Positions 40,401 to 64,000 of a stretch of DNA of 64,000 nucleotides are shown in pieces; the first letter of the stretch is position 1; each line of letters begins with the position of its first letter. The stretch is from Chrysomallon squamiferum (taxonomy: Eukaryota > Animalia > Mollusca). The stretch spans positions 14,880,001 to 14,944,000 of the forward strand of contig CM022676.1 in the NCBI GenBank assembly GCA_012295275.1, in the 5' to 3' direction. The position numbers were made by a program, and so were the translations under genes. Under the pieces are notes generated by a model. It saw nothing but the letters and a program-made list of their open reading frames with translations, was not told the DNA's origin and ran no database searches.

Positions 40401-42178
40401 GTTTTTCCTTCTTATTTCATGATTTGTTTCCTAATTACTCCCCTGTTTCCTACCATGTTCTGTGTTTCTTCCTCATCTCCTTTAAATTTTCATCCGTTTT
40501 TCCTCTTTTCTTGCTTGTCTCCTATCCTCACTCTTTCTGATGTCCTCACTTTCTTCCTATTTATCTCCTTTTTTCCTCTTCTGCCCTCCCTTTTTCTCAT
40601 TTTCTTCTGTAATTCCTCCTCTTTTTCTGCTGTCTTTTCTCGTCCTTATCTCTCTTCGTTTTTCTACATTATCTCCAGTAATTACGTTTTCGTCTAGTTG
40701 ATGGAGGATGGAATTCTTGGACATTATATTTTAATGAATCGTGCAGCTCAACGTGTATTGGTGGAATTGAGAAATATATACACAAACGTGCCTGTGTCAA
40801 CCCAAAGCCACAACACGGTGGAAAACAGTGTCATGGCAACGATACCAGAACTGAAACTAACACATGCAACACTGGAGTCAAATGTCCTGGTACTGTCATT
40901 ATAGTTAATATTATCATTATTGTGATGATGAACATAATCTCGTGTTCACCGACATTTCGCTATTATTACCCGGACTAAGAATATATCAGTAATCAAAGCG
41001 CTGAAAAAAACATAGATTTAGTTATCCATGAAAATATAAAAGCAAATAAAGTAACAGATCGAATATAATGTATAAAACAAAATGGAGAAACCATTTCTTT
41101 CTGTTTTCAACTACTTTCCAGTTGATGGTGGGTGGACCTCCTGGATGAAAAGTAAACAAGGTGTTTGCAGTGTATCCTGTGGTGGGTATGGGTGGATACA
41201 GTTGTGGCAGTCTCGAGATTGCACTAACCCGTCTCCAGTGTTTGGTGGAATTCTCTGTCAAGGCAGACCCAGGAGAACTGTCACAAAACCATGTTACAAG
41301 GACTGCCCAAGTATTATCATTATCATCATCTTCACATAATAATGTGTTATTGTATTGTTATTGTTTCGTCTGCCTCTGTGGATATTTTTCTTATGATTTT
41401 AGTCGTTATTTATTTATTTATTCATTCATTCATTCATTCATTTATTGATCTATTTATTTATTTATTCATTTATTTATCGATATATTTATTCATTTATTTG
41501 TTTGTTTGTTTGTTTTAGTTCAGGGAACGTGGTCAACGTGGAAAAACGAAAATACTGGTGTATGTGACGAGTTTTGTAAAAGACTCGTGCGTCTGTGCAG
41601 AGACTGCCTCAATCCTACAAACATCACTGACCTGGAAGTAGTCTGTCCTGGTGGAAACGTCACCAACGTCACACAGACGTGTAACTGGGGTTTGTGTGGT
41701 ACGTACTGTTTACAATAATAACATCAGTGCAGACTATTTGACTATACCTTTTAACATTATTATCAATTGATCTTAATATTTTTTATTGTTATTATTATTG
41801 TTATTGTTATTACTACTACTACCAATACTACTGTTATTATTATCATTAATATTAGTAGTAGTAATAGTAGTAGAAGTAGCAGTAGGAGTAGTGGTAGTAG
41901 TAGTACCAGTACTTGAATTACATTGATTGTGGTTTCTCTATTATACATGAGAAGTAAATTCGGACTGCTATCACACATCAGAAATAAAAGTATATTATGA
42001 AGTCATGATTCTACAAATTAACAAAACGAAAACAGTTACACTTTTCTATTTCAGCTCTGCTGCTTGGTCAGGCAGGTTTGGATCAGGAAACTACAGCAAT
42101 TGTGTCAGTGCTGGCCGTTCTCATTGTTGTCATTCCTCTAGTCTACATAATTTGCTGTGTGAGGTGATCTATCTTGTT

Positions 42179-42245
<67 letters not shown>

Positions 42246-42751
42246 GAAGAACATTAACGTGCTAATTAGAGGAAGTTTTTGTGTATCACGTGTACGACAG
42301 GCACGTTCTCTGTGTCTCTGTATGTCTCTATATATTTCCCTCGTTCACTTTCTCTACATCACTTTTTTATATTAATCTCTATTACTATTGTTATTATTAT
42401 TATTATTATGATTACTATTGTTATTATTATTATTATTATGATTATTATTATTATTATTATTATTATTATTTTATTATTTAATTATGTGCTACTATTTTAT
42501 AATACATTTTGTGAGTTTTTATTTATTTATTTGTTTGTTTGTTTATTTGTGAAATAAGGAAAGTAAGGTCACCGAAAACTAAGATGAGTCAGAATAAGAA
42601 GAAACGACTGAGTAAAGTTTTCGTTACAGAAAAGAATCCTGAACAAGACTCTAAAGATAAAATAATTAATAAGAGTGCTTCCCTGAATGAAGAACTAGAG
42701 GTTACATTCATACCAACTGATAACCCTGCATTCTCTGAACAAGACATTTAA
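36157..42751 (+). CDS. Copy 2: F-type lectin + 5xTSP1 + TM receptor, 576 aa. Exons 36157-36208, 36584-36805, 37078-37287, 38816-39007, 39250-39441, 40698-40889, 41122-41310, 41519-41698, 42055-42163, 42559-42751
   Basis: Exon sizes and phases match copy 1 (52,222,210,192,192,192,189,180,109) with a 193-nt last exon. Splice sites are intact and I saw no stops. CTQT replaces CTHT, the TM ends YIICCVR, and intron 3 is enlarged by a viral insert. Confidence 0.88.
37472..38730 (+). mobile_element. Endogenous parvovirus/densovirus-like element: decayed NS1 SF3-helicase C-terminal half (+, ~37472-38103) plus a convergent decayed ORF on the - strand (~38104-38730)
   Basis: Walker A GPCTIGKS (37591-37614), Walker B RIILVDE (37711-37731), B' [17 protein letters not shown]. 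After frameshifts come motif [10 protein letters not shown] and ...[17 protein letters not shown]. The segment is absent from the same intron of copies 1, 3 and 4. GAGGAAA occurs at both junctions (37465-37471, 38731-38737). Confidence 0.85.
39460..40680 (+). repeat. Long pyrimidine-rich low-complexity tract in intron 5 (homologues ~29830-30300, ~49050-49830, ~59000-59760)
   Basis: Almost purely C/T on the sense strand with degenerate tatctcctg/ttttcctct units. It is the source of the spurious F/L/S-rich ORFs. Confidence 0.85.
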
Positions 42752-43832
42752 ACAGTTCATATGAAGAGAAAGGACTCAGACAATATTTGATATTCACTTA
42801 CATCAGAATTAAGTCCACGAATAAGTCCACTTTATCATTATATACACACGCTACATATACTTTTATTATATCTTCTATGATGCGATGGTATAAACTTACC
42901 AGACATATGTAGTTTTAACGTGACTTCCATGATTAGTTACGTGAATGTAGATGACTTACATATATTTTGATGTGACTTGGATGAGGAATTCATACTACAG
43001 AACGTGCTTTACATATACTTTTAATATGACTTCTCTGAAAAGGTAATACAAATGCACGTGACTTTCACATAATTGTTACATGAATTCTATGAAAATCTGA
43101 TATAAACGCACGTGTTTTAAATACGTTTATCTTCGGTGAGCGGTAAATACAGACCTACGTGACCTACACATATTTCAACGTGTTTTCTATGAGAAGACAA
43201 GTGCGCACACACACACGCACACGCACACATATATGTAATTATATATACGCGTTACATGAAATCTACATGACTGACGTAGGATTTTACATTAATTACATTA
43301 CATGTTAACACAAACGTAGGTGACTTAAACTACTTATAACGTAAATTTAATAGAATGTTTGTTCAAATTTGCATGACATACATATATTTTTCAATATCAT
43401 TACTATGAAAGATGAATGTAAATATACCTGATTTAGATACACATTAATATTATATTTATCTCAAGTTAACACGATTTGTGTAAATTACATACATTTTTAA
43501 AATTACTTCTGTCAAAAAAAAAAAAAAAAAAAAAAGTGTAACCTGAAATTATGTTTTACATTTCCTTGTCCAAAACAAAAGTGTATGTTATCAAAGTAGA
43601 ACAAAGTGAATGTCATCTGCATGCATGGTGTAATAACCTGTAAAGTGGATCATGTAAATTATGTTAATTATTATGCAAGTATGAACAGTGTACAGTCATT
43701 CAGAGATTCAAGCCATGGATGTCTTTAAAGTTGTAAGTCCACAAACAACTTCTGGCTGTAGGTTTAGTCTGCGCAAGGATTGTGCCCGGATGAACAAAGG
43801 AAATTTTGCTTAACCAGTGTTCAAACTTCAGT

Positions 43833-44903
43833 TAGTGAAAAACATCTAAATGCTCCATTTTATGCATACTTATAAATCCAGTTACCGCCACCATCAGAAT
43901 CATGCTTATTATTTTGGTAACTATCGATGAAACTAAGTCCATAATAAAATCTTTCTATCAGCTGGCCGCACTAAGTGGTAGTTTGTCAATTTATTTGCCA
44001 CGACTCTCTTTTCTGGTTCATCCCGATTCAGCAGGACTGCTTGTGTCTGGACTGGAGATGTTGTCTGGATCCAGATGACCAAGCGTAACTGGTTGCACAC
44101 TTTGCATATTCTATGAGGGCTGCCTGTGTTGGCAGAATTTAGATGTACGGCCTCTGCTTGCAGGCAAAGAGGTCTGGTCTTGCTTCGTCCACACCAGTAG
44201 ATTTGTCATACGTGAGTTCAACGAATCCCTCCTGCTTCTCCAGGTCAACATTACTAATCGGTGTCGGATGCTTGCTGAGATTGGTAGTTGTTTCGGAAAG
44301 ATCATGAAAGACGTTCCAACTCTGAGATATATCACATCCAGTGAATCCATGGAAGTGCGGGATCCCTGTAGCCTTGTCGGGCCCAATTGGTGAAACTACT
44401 TTGTGGACTGGAATTCATCGTGCCAGTTCTTGGCCAAAGGCAGTCCTCGTGTTCTGAAGAACCAGTTCCTATCAGGATGGCAGTACAGATATTGCTATGA
44501 CTACAACACACGCGTCATTAATTTTAATTACAATGGACTTGCATCCCTGGCACGTACAACTATTCGTATTCTTCATGACAACATCGACACACAGCATCCA
44601 GAGACGTTCTTGCGTTGCTCTCGGCATTTTTTCTTATGTGATAATCACTGTAATATGTGCTATTCCTCTGTGTCCATTTTTCGATTTTGCCACGGACATC
44701 AGAATTGACTTTTCATACACCACGTCCACCACCTCGTACTTGGTACCATAGCATTCCACATTTTGGAATTCTACATTTGGACTTTCAAATGGCCAATGAG
44801 GAAGATTTGATTAGAAATCCGAGAAGAACAAATATTTTAAATATGTTGTTTGTATCATCTGTTGCACCATTCGTCTCAAAATTTGTTGTTATCAACCCCA
44901 CTA
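43833..44903 (-). mobile_element. Academ-like DNA transposon relic (XPG/PIN-like region of the transposase), spacer 2
   Basis: The minus strand reads TGIPHFHGFTGCDISQSWNVF..LEKQEGFVELTYDKSTGVDEARPDLFACKQRPYI*ILPTQAALIEYAK. This matches the FHAFTGCD..E.FV..LYD..V..AR..LF..IPPT.AAL..H signature of XPG-domain transposases that I associate with Academ. The right terminus ...tgttatcaaccccacTA gives 5'-TAGTGGGG on the coding strand. The superfamily name is from memory. Confidence 0.7.
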
Positions 44904-45499
44904 TTTGTTTGTATGCATAAAATAAATGGTATATATGTTAAAATTATGATTTCGTTAATATATTTCTTTAAGAATGGTAAAGAGTCTGTGTGTTCGTTTG
45001 TGTGTGTGTGTGTGTATTCACTATCCGAGATTTTATGTTTCTACGAAAAGAAAAAGTTAAATAATTAATATAAAATTTTAACGAAAAACACATACAATCA
45101 TATGCATCATAACATTTTTGCAATTGTTAAAGTATGTAATATTTAGATTACAGTAAATCATTCCCGTCAATCAAGAAAGATAATTGAAATAAATGAATAA
45201 ATAAATAAATAAATAATAGGAGAAAAGACCATAATAATAATAAGAAGAAGATGAAGAAGGAGAACGACAAAAACAACATCAAAATATCAATAATGACGAT
45301 CAATCGAGTCAGAGAGGTAAAGTCAATTTTTTAAAGTTTGTTCAAGGATAAGTTGATGCTACCTTCATTTCGCAAACAAGATTACGGTGTTAGGGACCAA
45401 TAATTTCAAGAGATTATGACTTGAAATTTTAAAACTTATTTATACCTTTCTCTTCTTTTTCTTTTTCCTTGTCTTTTTTCTTTTTATAATAATAATAAC

Positions 45500-45538
<39 letters not shown>

Positions 45539-45601
45539 TGTTGGTAGAATTATTATCATCATTACTATTATTATTATATTCCCTAATTTCCCCACTCTCT
45601 C

Positions 45602-45707
<106 letters not shown>

Positions 45708-45866
45708 GAGGTCCTTTCATTCTACATTTCAATTAAGTACTTTCTTCAAATTATACCGAAGATGCTGCCTGGATAGTGTTCATCACAACAGCAAATAAAC
45801 AAACAAACATAATTATACTGTATCTTTTCCTCTAATCTAATTCATATTGGAAGTGAGAATCATTTA

Positions 45867-46300
45867 TGACGTAATCATTTTCTCTTGACGTCACTCCGAT
45901 ACTTTTTAAAGTAGCCTTCAAAAGTCTTTTGAACTGGTAAGCGTTTTATTATTTATTTATTTATTTATTTAATTAAAGCTGGAAATACAAAATGTAAATA
46001 CAAAAATACACAAACAAACAAAAAAATAAATAAATAATAACTTAGGGTGAGATACCCGTGAACAATAGTGTGTCAGGAAAGCTGGATCTAATATAGTCAT
46101 CTTAAAAATTTCTATGCACTTATTATTTTTCCTTCTATAAGAATCAGTGTGTAAATATATTAGCCGCTGTCTTTATCAAACAAGCCTAACTTATAATAAA
46201 GCAGAAAACCAAATTACTGAAAACTGTTTACACTTTTATAACGTTTGATTTATAATATCACATTTACAGGTCGCGGTGATTTTGTAGAAACATATACCCA
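45867..46300 (+). promoter_or_regulatory. Putative promoter and 5'-UTR exons of copy 3
   Basis: TGACGTAA 45867-45874, TGACGTCA 45886-45893, donor ctg|GTAAG at ~45936, 31-nt exon 46270-46300. Confidence 0.55.
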
Positions 46301-47035
46301 GTAAGTATATTTTACCTATATAGTACAACAATTAATTTAATTAACTATTTTATTTCTCATTTCACCACTCTCAATATTAGTAAACTGATGTTTATTCATT
46401 TCGTTGTCGCCTAGGTATCAAAACAAAATATTTCTAACATTAACAGCAAATTATTACCTAAAGTTCAAAATAGAAACCGTTGTAAGATCTAACCGAGCAA
46501 AATACTAAAACATGTAACGATAAACAACATGTCTTAAAGCAAACATGATATTGACAAACGTTGTTTTTGAAAATGAATAACGAATTTGTCTGCCATTTTG
46601 CTGTAAAACGAAACATGATAAATTCTGTATACAGACATTATCAACAATAGGGCAACACCCCTGATATTTGTTTCGTTTATTTATGAAATTGGATCCAAAC
46701 ATAATGTTTAACAACGAACTTACCCATCTGAACTATTATTATTATTATTATTACTATTATTATTATTATTATAACTATTCTTATTATTATTATTATTACT
46801 ATCATTATTATTATTATTTTCGTCGTCGTTCTTCGTCGTCATCATTATTATTGTTGTTGTTGTTGTTTTTATCTTATCTTTAGTATGAACTTACCATTGT
46901 TTTGTTTTACTACGCTATTGTTGTATACATACACACACTTACATCTATACAGACATGTTTGAACAAAGAGGGATCATTGCATTTTACGTCGTACATATTT
47001 ATGTTATTTATCTTTCTAGGTCCTGTTTTACTACC

Positions 47036-52234
<5,199 letters not shown>

Positions 52235-53199
52235 ACAGTTCATATGAAGAGAAAGGACTCAGATAATATTTGATGTTCACTTACATCAGAAATATGTCCA
52301 CGAATATGTCCACTTTATCATTATATATGCTCTCTACATATTCTTTTATTAGAACTTCTGTGAAGCGGTAATATAAACTTACGAGATATATGTAGTTTTA
52401 ACATGACTTCTATGAGGAGATAACATGAACGTAGGCGACTTACATATATTCTGTCGTGACCTGGATGAGGAGTTAATACAACAAAACGTGACTTTCACAT
52501 AATTTTAATATGAATTCTATGAAAGGCTGATATAAACGGACTCGTCTTATATACGTTTTTCTTCGATGAGCGGTGAATACAGACCTACGTGACCTGCACA
52601 TACTTTTACGTGTTTTCTATGAGACGACACACGCGCGCGCACACACACACAAAGACACATATATGTAATTATATATACGCGTTATATGAAATATAAATGA
52701 CTGACATAGGCTTTTAAATTAATTACATGACATGTTAACACAAATGTACGTGCCTTAAGCTACGTATAACGTTAATTCCATGGAACGTTTGTTCAAACTT
52801 GAATGACATACATATATTTTTTTTAACATCAGTAGTATTAAAGATAAATGTAAATATACCTGATTGAGATACACTTTAATATTATTGTTGTCACAAGTTA
52901 GCACCATTTGTCTAAATTACATATATTTTAACATTATTTCTGTAAAATAAAAAAACAAAACAGAAAGTGAACGTAACTTGAAATTATGCTTATCAAAGTA
53001 GAACGAAGTGATTGTCATATGCATGCATGGTGTAATAATATGCAAAGTGGATCATGTAAATTATGTTAAATATTATGCAGGTATGAACAGTGGCAAATCA
53101 GAAATTCACAAATAAATTCTGGCTGTAGGTTTAGACTGCGCAAGGATTGTGCCAAGTTGCACACAATTAATTTGACTAAACCAGAGAGCAAACTTCAGT

Positions 53200-54763
53200 T
53201 AGTGAAAAAATTCTAATGCCCCATTTTATCCATTCTTACAAATCCAGTCACCGCCATCATCAGAAAAACGCTTATTATTTTGTTAAATATCGATGAAACT
53301 AAGTCCATAGTGAAACCTTTCTATCAGCTGGCTGCAATAAATGGTAGTTTGTCCAATATAATTTCCACGTCTCTCTTATCTGTTTCATCCCGATTCAGCA
53401 GGACTGCTTGTGTCTGGACTGGAGATGACCAAGCCTAACACACCGCACACTTTGCATGTTCTCTGAGAACTCTGTGTGTTGGCGGAATTAAAATGTACGG
53501 CCTGTGTTTGCAGGCAAAGAGGTCTGGTCTTGCTTTGCCCACACCAATAGATTTATCATACCTGAGTTCAACGAATCCACCCTCCTTCTCTGAGATACAG
53601 CATCATATTCAGGGAATGGATTAAAGTGCGGGATCCCTGTAGCTTTCTCGGGCGTGATTGTAGAAACCACTGGACTGGAATTCATCGCTCCAGTCTCCTT
53701 AGCCACAGGCAATCCATATGTTCTCAATGACTAGTTCCTATCAGGATGGCAGTCTAGATATTGCTCTGACTAGAACGCACGCGTCATTAACTTTAATTAC
53801 AATGGACTTGCATCCCTGGCACGTACAACTATTCGTATTCTTCACGAGAACATCGAGACACAGCATCCAGAGACGTTCTTGTGTTGCTGACAACATTTGT
53901 TTCGTTTCCTGGTAATAACTGTGCTTGTCGTATGTGCTAGTCACGTTTGTCTTTCTTCGATTTTGGCTAGGATGTCAGAATCTCGTACATGGCACCATAG
54001 CATTCCACTTTTTGGAATGCTATAGTCGTAATCACTAACACTTGCATGGATTGGTCTTATTCCAGCTCTGTGTAACCTTCTGTTGTTAAATAGGAATCTG
54101 CATCTCTCTTGGTACCACCATGTTCTTATACAATAGACGCTTCCTGCTTCTGTCCCACACCTGGTTCGATCATTCAAACAGTGTCACAGATCTAGTGCAA
54201 TCCATGTAATAAAAAACACGTTATCTCTGGCTCGGGTGGACCATGCTGACACGTCTTAGTAATTCGGTTGTGACTGTCAGGCTGATATTGGTTTATTAGG
54301 CAATATGTGGGACACTGGTAAGTTGTTGCAGTGTGATGCCAAAATTGATGCCAGCATAGAGCTTCTACTTAGCTGACAATGAATCCATGGTCAGTTTGAC
54401 CTTCAAGAAATTCTTACTTGGCGATCGATTGGAAATATTATTTAAATAACTGGTAAGTGGACTGTATTCAGTTAGACACATCTGCTTCATTCAACTTCTC
54501 CTGTTTACCTCGAACATCTGGATGTAGATGTACACAATAATACAGACAGAGACATTTATGCAACTACAAACATTTCTAAGGAGAACCTGAACATTGCTAG
54601 GCGAACTTGGCGTCCCTCTTGAACAATTGTTGCCATTTTGGATTTTCAAATGGCCAATAAGGGAGATTTGGTTAGAAACCCCAGAAGAACCAATGTGCTA
54701 AATTTGATGTTTGTATTATCTGTTGCTGAATTCATCTAAACATTTGCTGTTATCAGCCCCATT
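53200..54763 (-). mobile_element. Academ-like transposon relic, spacer 3 (longest complete one in the window)
   Basis: Homologous to the spacer-2 and spacer-4 relics with extra internal sequence (~54000-54330). Same terminal block gccattttggattttcaaatggccaat...tttgctgttatcagcccca. Confidence 0.65.
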
Positions 54764-54792
54764 GTTGATATATCTCCTAAGGAATGGTAAAG

Positions 54793-54858
<66 letters not shown>

Positions 54859-55364
54859 CATTATCCAGAATGTTATGATTTTACAAAAAAGATGAACTGA
54901 AGTAAGTAATATAAATTTTCAACGAAAAACACATCCAACAATAAACATCATAACACAATATTTAGATTACAGTAAATCATTCCCGTTTTCCTTCCTTTTT
55001 ACACTATGTTTACTATTTGAAAGAAGAAAAAAAAAATAATAATAATAATACAACAAAATGAAATAAATAAATAAATAAATAATAGGAGAAAAGACTATAA
55101 TAATAATAATAAGAAGATGAAGAAGGAGAACGACAAGAACAACATCAAAATGTCAATAATGACGATCAATCCAGTCAAAGAGGTAAAGTCAATTTTTTAA
55201 AGTTTGTTCAAGGATAAGTTTATCCTACATTCATTTCGCAAACAAGATTAAGGTGTTAGGGACCAATAATTTCAAGAGATTATGACTTGAAATTTTAAAA
55301 CTTATTTATACCTTTCTCTTCTTTTTCTTTTTTCCTGTCTTTGTTTCTTTTTATAATAATAACA

Positions 55365-55423
<59 letters not shown>

Positions 55424-55667
55424 CAACAACAACAATAATAATAATAATAATAATTGTTATGGGTATTATTATTATTATTATTATTATTATTTTTCTAATT
55501 CCACCTTCCCTTTCTCTCTCCCTCTGTCTCTCTGACGCAGAGATTCTTTCACCGAAGATGCTGCCTGGATAGTCTTCATAAAAAACAGCAAATAAACAAA
55601 CACATAAACATAGTCATTTTGTATCTTTTCCTCTAATCTAATTCATATTGGAAGTGAGAATCATTTA

Positions 55668-56109
55668 TGACGTAATCATTTTCTCTTGACGTCACTCCGA
55701 TACTTTTCAAAGTAGCCTTCAAATGTCTTTTGAACTGGTAAGTTTGTATTATTTATTTAATTTCTTATTTATTTATTTATTTAAAGCTGGAAATAAAAAG
55801 TATAAATATATAAATATACAAACAAACAAATAAATAAATAAATAAGAACTTAGGCTGAGACGCCCGTGAACAATAGTGTGTCAGGAAAGCTGCCATCTAA
55901 TATCGTCATCTTAAAAATTTCTATGCATTTATTATTTTTACTTCAATAAGAATCAATGTGTAAATATATTAGGCGCTGTCTTTATCAAACAAGCCTAACT
56001 TATAATAAAGCAGAAAACCAAATTAGTGAAGACTATTTACATTTTCATAACCGTTAATTTATAATATCACATTTACAGCTTGCGGTGATTTTGTAGAAGC
56101 ATATACACA
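55668..56109 (+). promoter_or_regulatory. Putative promoter and 5'-UTR exons of copy 4
   Basis: TGACGTAA 55668-55675, TGACGTCA 55687-55694, donor ctg|GTAAG at ~55737, 31-nt exon 56079-56109. Confidence 0.55.
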
Positions 56110-56831
56110 GTAAGTATATTTTACCTATATAGTTCAACAATTAATTTAATTAACTGTTTTATTTCTCATTTCACCACTCTCAATATCAGTAAACTGATGT
56201 TTATTCATTTCGTTGTCGCCTAGGTATCAAAACAAAATAATTCTTATAATAACAGCAAATTATTACCTAGAGTTCAAAACGGAAACCGTTTGAAAACAGT
56301 ACTGTAAGATCTAACCGATCTAAATCATGTAACGTTAAAAAGTATGTACTAAACCAAACATGGTGTTCACAAACGTTGTTTTTGAAAATGAAAAACACAT
56401 AATGCAACTTTGAAAAACACGACTGTTTAAGGGAACAAAAAGACATAGACATGCCACGCCTTTTCGCCTGTTCGGACTGTTGTATGTTGCGCATTACGAA
56501 GCTGCTCGCCATTTTGCTGGACAATGAGAGATGATACATTCTGTATACAGACATTATCACCAATAGGGCAACACCCCTGATATTTCATTGGTTTCTTTAC
56601 GAAACTGAATCCAAACATAAAGTTTAAGAACTCGAACTTACCCATCTGAACTATTATTATTATTATTCTTATTATTATTATTCTTATTATTATTCTTCTT
56701 ATTATTATTCTTATTATTATTTTCGTCGTCGTCATCATCATTATTATTATTGTTGTTGTTCTTGTTATATTATTGCATTTTATGTCGTACAGGTTCATAT
56801 TTTTTATCTTTCCAGGTCCTGTTTTTCTACC

Positions 56832-62079
<5,248 letters not shown>

Positions 62080-63171
62080 ACAGTTTCTATGAGCAGAAAG
62101 GACTTAGACAACATTTGATGTTAACTTACATGAGAAATACGTCCACGAATAAGTCCACTTTATCATTATATACACTCTCTATATATACTTTTATTATAGC
62201 TCCTATGAAGCTATAGTATAAATTTACGAGATATATGCAGTTTTAACGTGACTTCCGTGATTATTTACGTGAATGTAGGTGACTTACATATATTCTGACG
62301 TGACTTGGATGAGATGTCAATACAATAGAACATGATTTACGTATACTTTCAATATGACTTCTGTTAAAAGCTCAAAGAAATGTACGTGACTTTCATATAA
62401 TTTTAACATGAATTCTATGATACGGTAATATAAAGGCACGTGTCTTAAATACGTTTTTCTTCGATGAGCAGTAAATACAGACCTACGTGAGCTACACATA
62501 TTTTAAGATGTTTTCTATGAGAAGACACAGGCACACGCACACACATGCACACACATATGTAATTATATATATATACGCGTCACATGAAATATACATGACT
62601 GACATAGACTTTCACGTTAATTACATGGCATGTTAAGACAGACGTACGCGACTTAAGCTACTTACAACGTTAATTGCATGGAATGTTTGTTCAGAGTTGC
62701 ATGGCATACATATATTTTTCAACATCACTACTATTAAAGATGAATGTATATATATATACCTGATTCAGATACACTTTAATATTATTTTTATCACAAGTTA
62801 GCACCATTTGTCTAAATTACATATATTTTAACATTACTTCTGTGAAATAAAAAACAGAAGAAAAAAAAAACGTAACTTGAAATTATGTTTTACGTTTCTT
62901 GTTCGAAAACAAATATATATGTTATGAAAGTAGAACGAAGTGATTGTCACATGCATCCATGGTCTAATAATCTGTGTCGTGGATCATGTAAATTATGTTA
63001 ATTATTATGCAAGCATGAAAAATGGCACGGTTGGCCGTTTAGAAATTCAAGGTGTTGACGTTTTTCAAGGTGTAATTACACAAAGAACGTCTGGCTGTAG
63101 GTTTAGTCCGTTCAAGCATTGTGCCAGGTTGTACAAAGGTAATTTTGCTTAACCAGAGATCAAAGTTCAGT

Positions 63172-64000
63172 TAGTGAAAAACTTCTAAATGCTCCATTTT
63201 ATCCATTCTTATAAATCCAGTCACCGCCTCCATCAGAAACATGCTCATTATTTTGTTAACAAGCATCGATGAAACTAAGTCTATAATGAAATATTTCTGT
63301 CAGCTGGTTGCAATAAGTGGTACTTTGTCCAATATATTTGCCGCGACTATCTTTTCTGTTTCATCCCGATTCAGCAGGACTGCTTGTGTCTGGACTGGAG
63401 ATGGTTGTCTGGATCCAGATGACCAAGCCTAACAGGCCGCACACTTTGCATGTTCTCTGAGGACTGTGTGTGTTGGCAGAATTTAGATGTACGGCCTCTG
63501 CTTGCAGGTAATGAGGTCTGGTCTTGCTTTGCCCACACCAGTAGATTTGTCATACGTGAGTTCAACGAATCCACCCTTCTTCTCTGAGATACAGCATCAT
63601 ATTCAGGGAATGGATTAAAGTGCGGGATCCCTGTAGCTTTCTCGGGCCTGATTGTAGAAACCACTGGACTTGAATTCATCGCGCTAGGCTCGTTGGCGAC
63701 AGGCAATCCACATGTTCTCAAGAACTAGTTCCTATGAGGATGGCAGTCTAGATATTGCTATGACCAGAACGCACGCGCCATTAACTTTAATTACAATGGA
63801 CTTGCATCCCTGGCACGTACAACTATTCGTATTCTTCACGACAACATCGACACACAACATCTAGAGACTTCCCTCTGTTGCTAACGACATTTGTTTCGTT
63901 TCGTGGTAATGACTGTGCTTGTCTTATGAGTCCTTTTTCAATTTTGGCTCGGTCATCAGAATTTATTTTTTGTACAATACGTCCACCTTAGATTCCACAT
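63172..64000 (-). mobile_element. Academ-like transposon relic, spacer 4 (runs off the window end)
   Basis: Across frameshifts the minus strand reads CCREE..RIVVRARDA..KSIVIKVN..VLVIAISRLPS.*ELVLENMWIA..VSTIRPEKATGIPHF..ILPTHTVLREHAK..VIWIQ..SPAE.G. These are decayed HEEADTR / DTDV / FHAFTGCD / PPT / WGW motifs. Confidence 0.7.

Noticed and set aside
39480-40697. Overlapping long F/L/S-rich ORFs that look like membrane proteins (also 49.2-50.2 kb and 59.0-60.1 kb)
   Set aside because: The pyrimidine-rich intron lacks stop codons by composition, and the frames are not conserved between paralogs.
63371-63721. 116-aa minus-strand ORF (and 44111-44386, 53488-53727) as a conserved small gene
   Set aside because: These are mixed or off-frame readings of the decayed transposase, and the recognisable motifs switch frames within them.

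Overview
This is eukaryotic, very AT-rich, microsatellite-dense animal genomic DNA. It looks like a mollusc or other lophotrochozoan, inferred only from gene families and repeat types. Most ORF-track entries are microsatellite artefacts; real genes appear only after splicing by eye. Contents: (1) an intact two-coding-exon BTB-BACK-PHR gene (8370-9877, +); (2) decayed fragments of other genes at 1-22 kb (a CREB-like Q-rich exon pair, a cytoplasmic MetRS HLGN-motif exon, a possible SWIM-finger remnant) and a candidate multi-exon non-coding transcript; (3) from 27.7 kb, a tandem array of four intact 10-exon genes, each encoding signal peptide + F-type (fucose) lectin domain + five thrombospondin type-1 repeats + one TM helix + a tail ending in DNPAF. 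The copies vary most in the lectin loops and first TSP1 repeat, and three of four have lost the canonical fucose-binding His. Copy 2 carries a ~1.26 kb endogenous parvovirus/densovirus-like insertion in intron 3. Each copy is followed by a differently deleted Academ-like transposase relic, and the array probably continues past the window end. All gene models were read manually and need RNA-seq and HMM confirmation.
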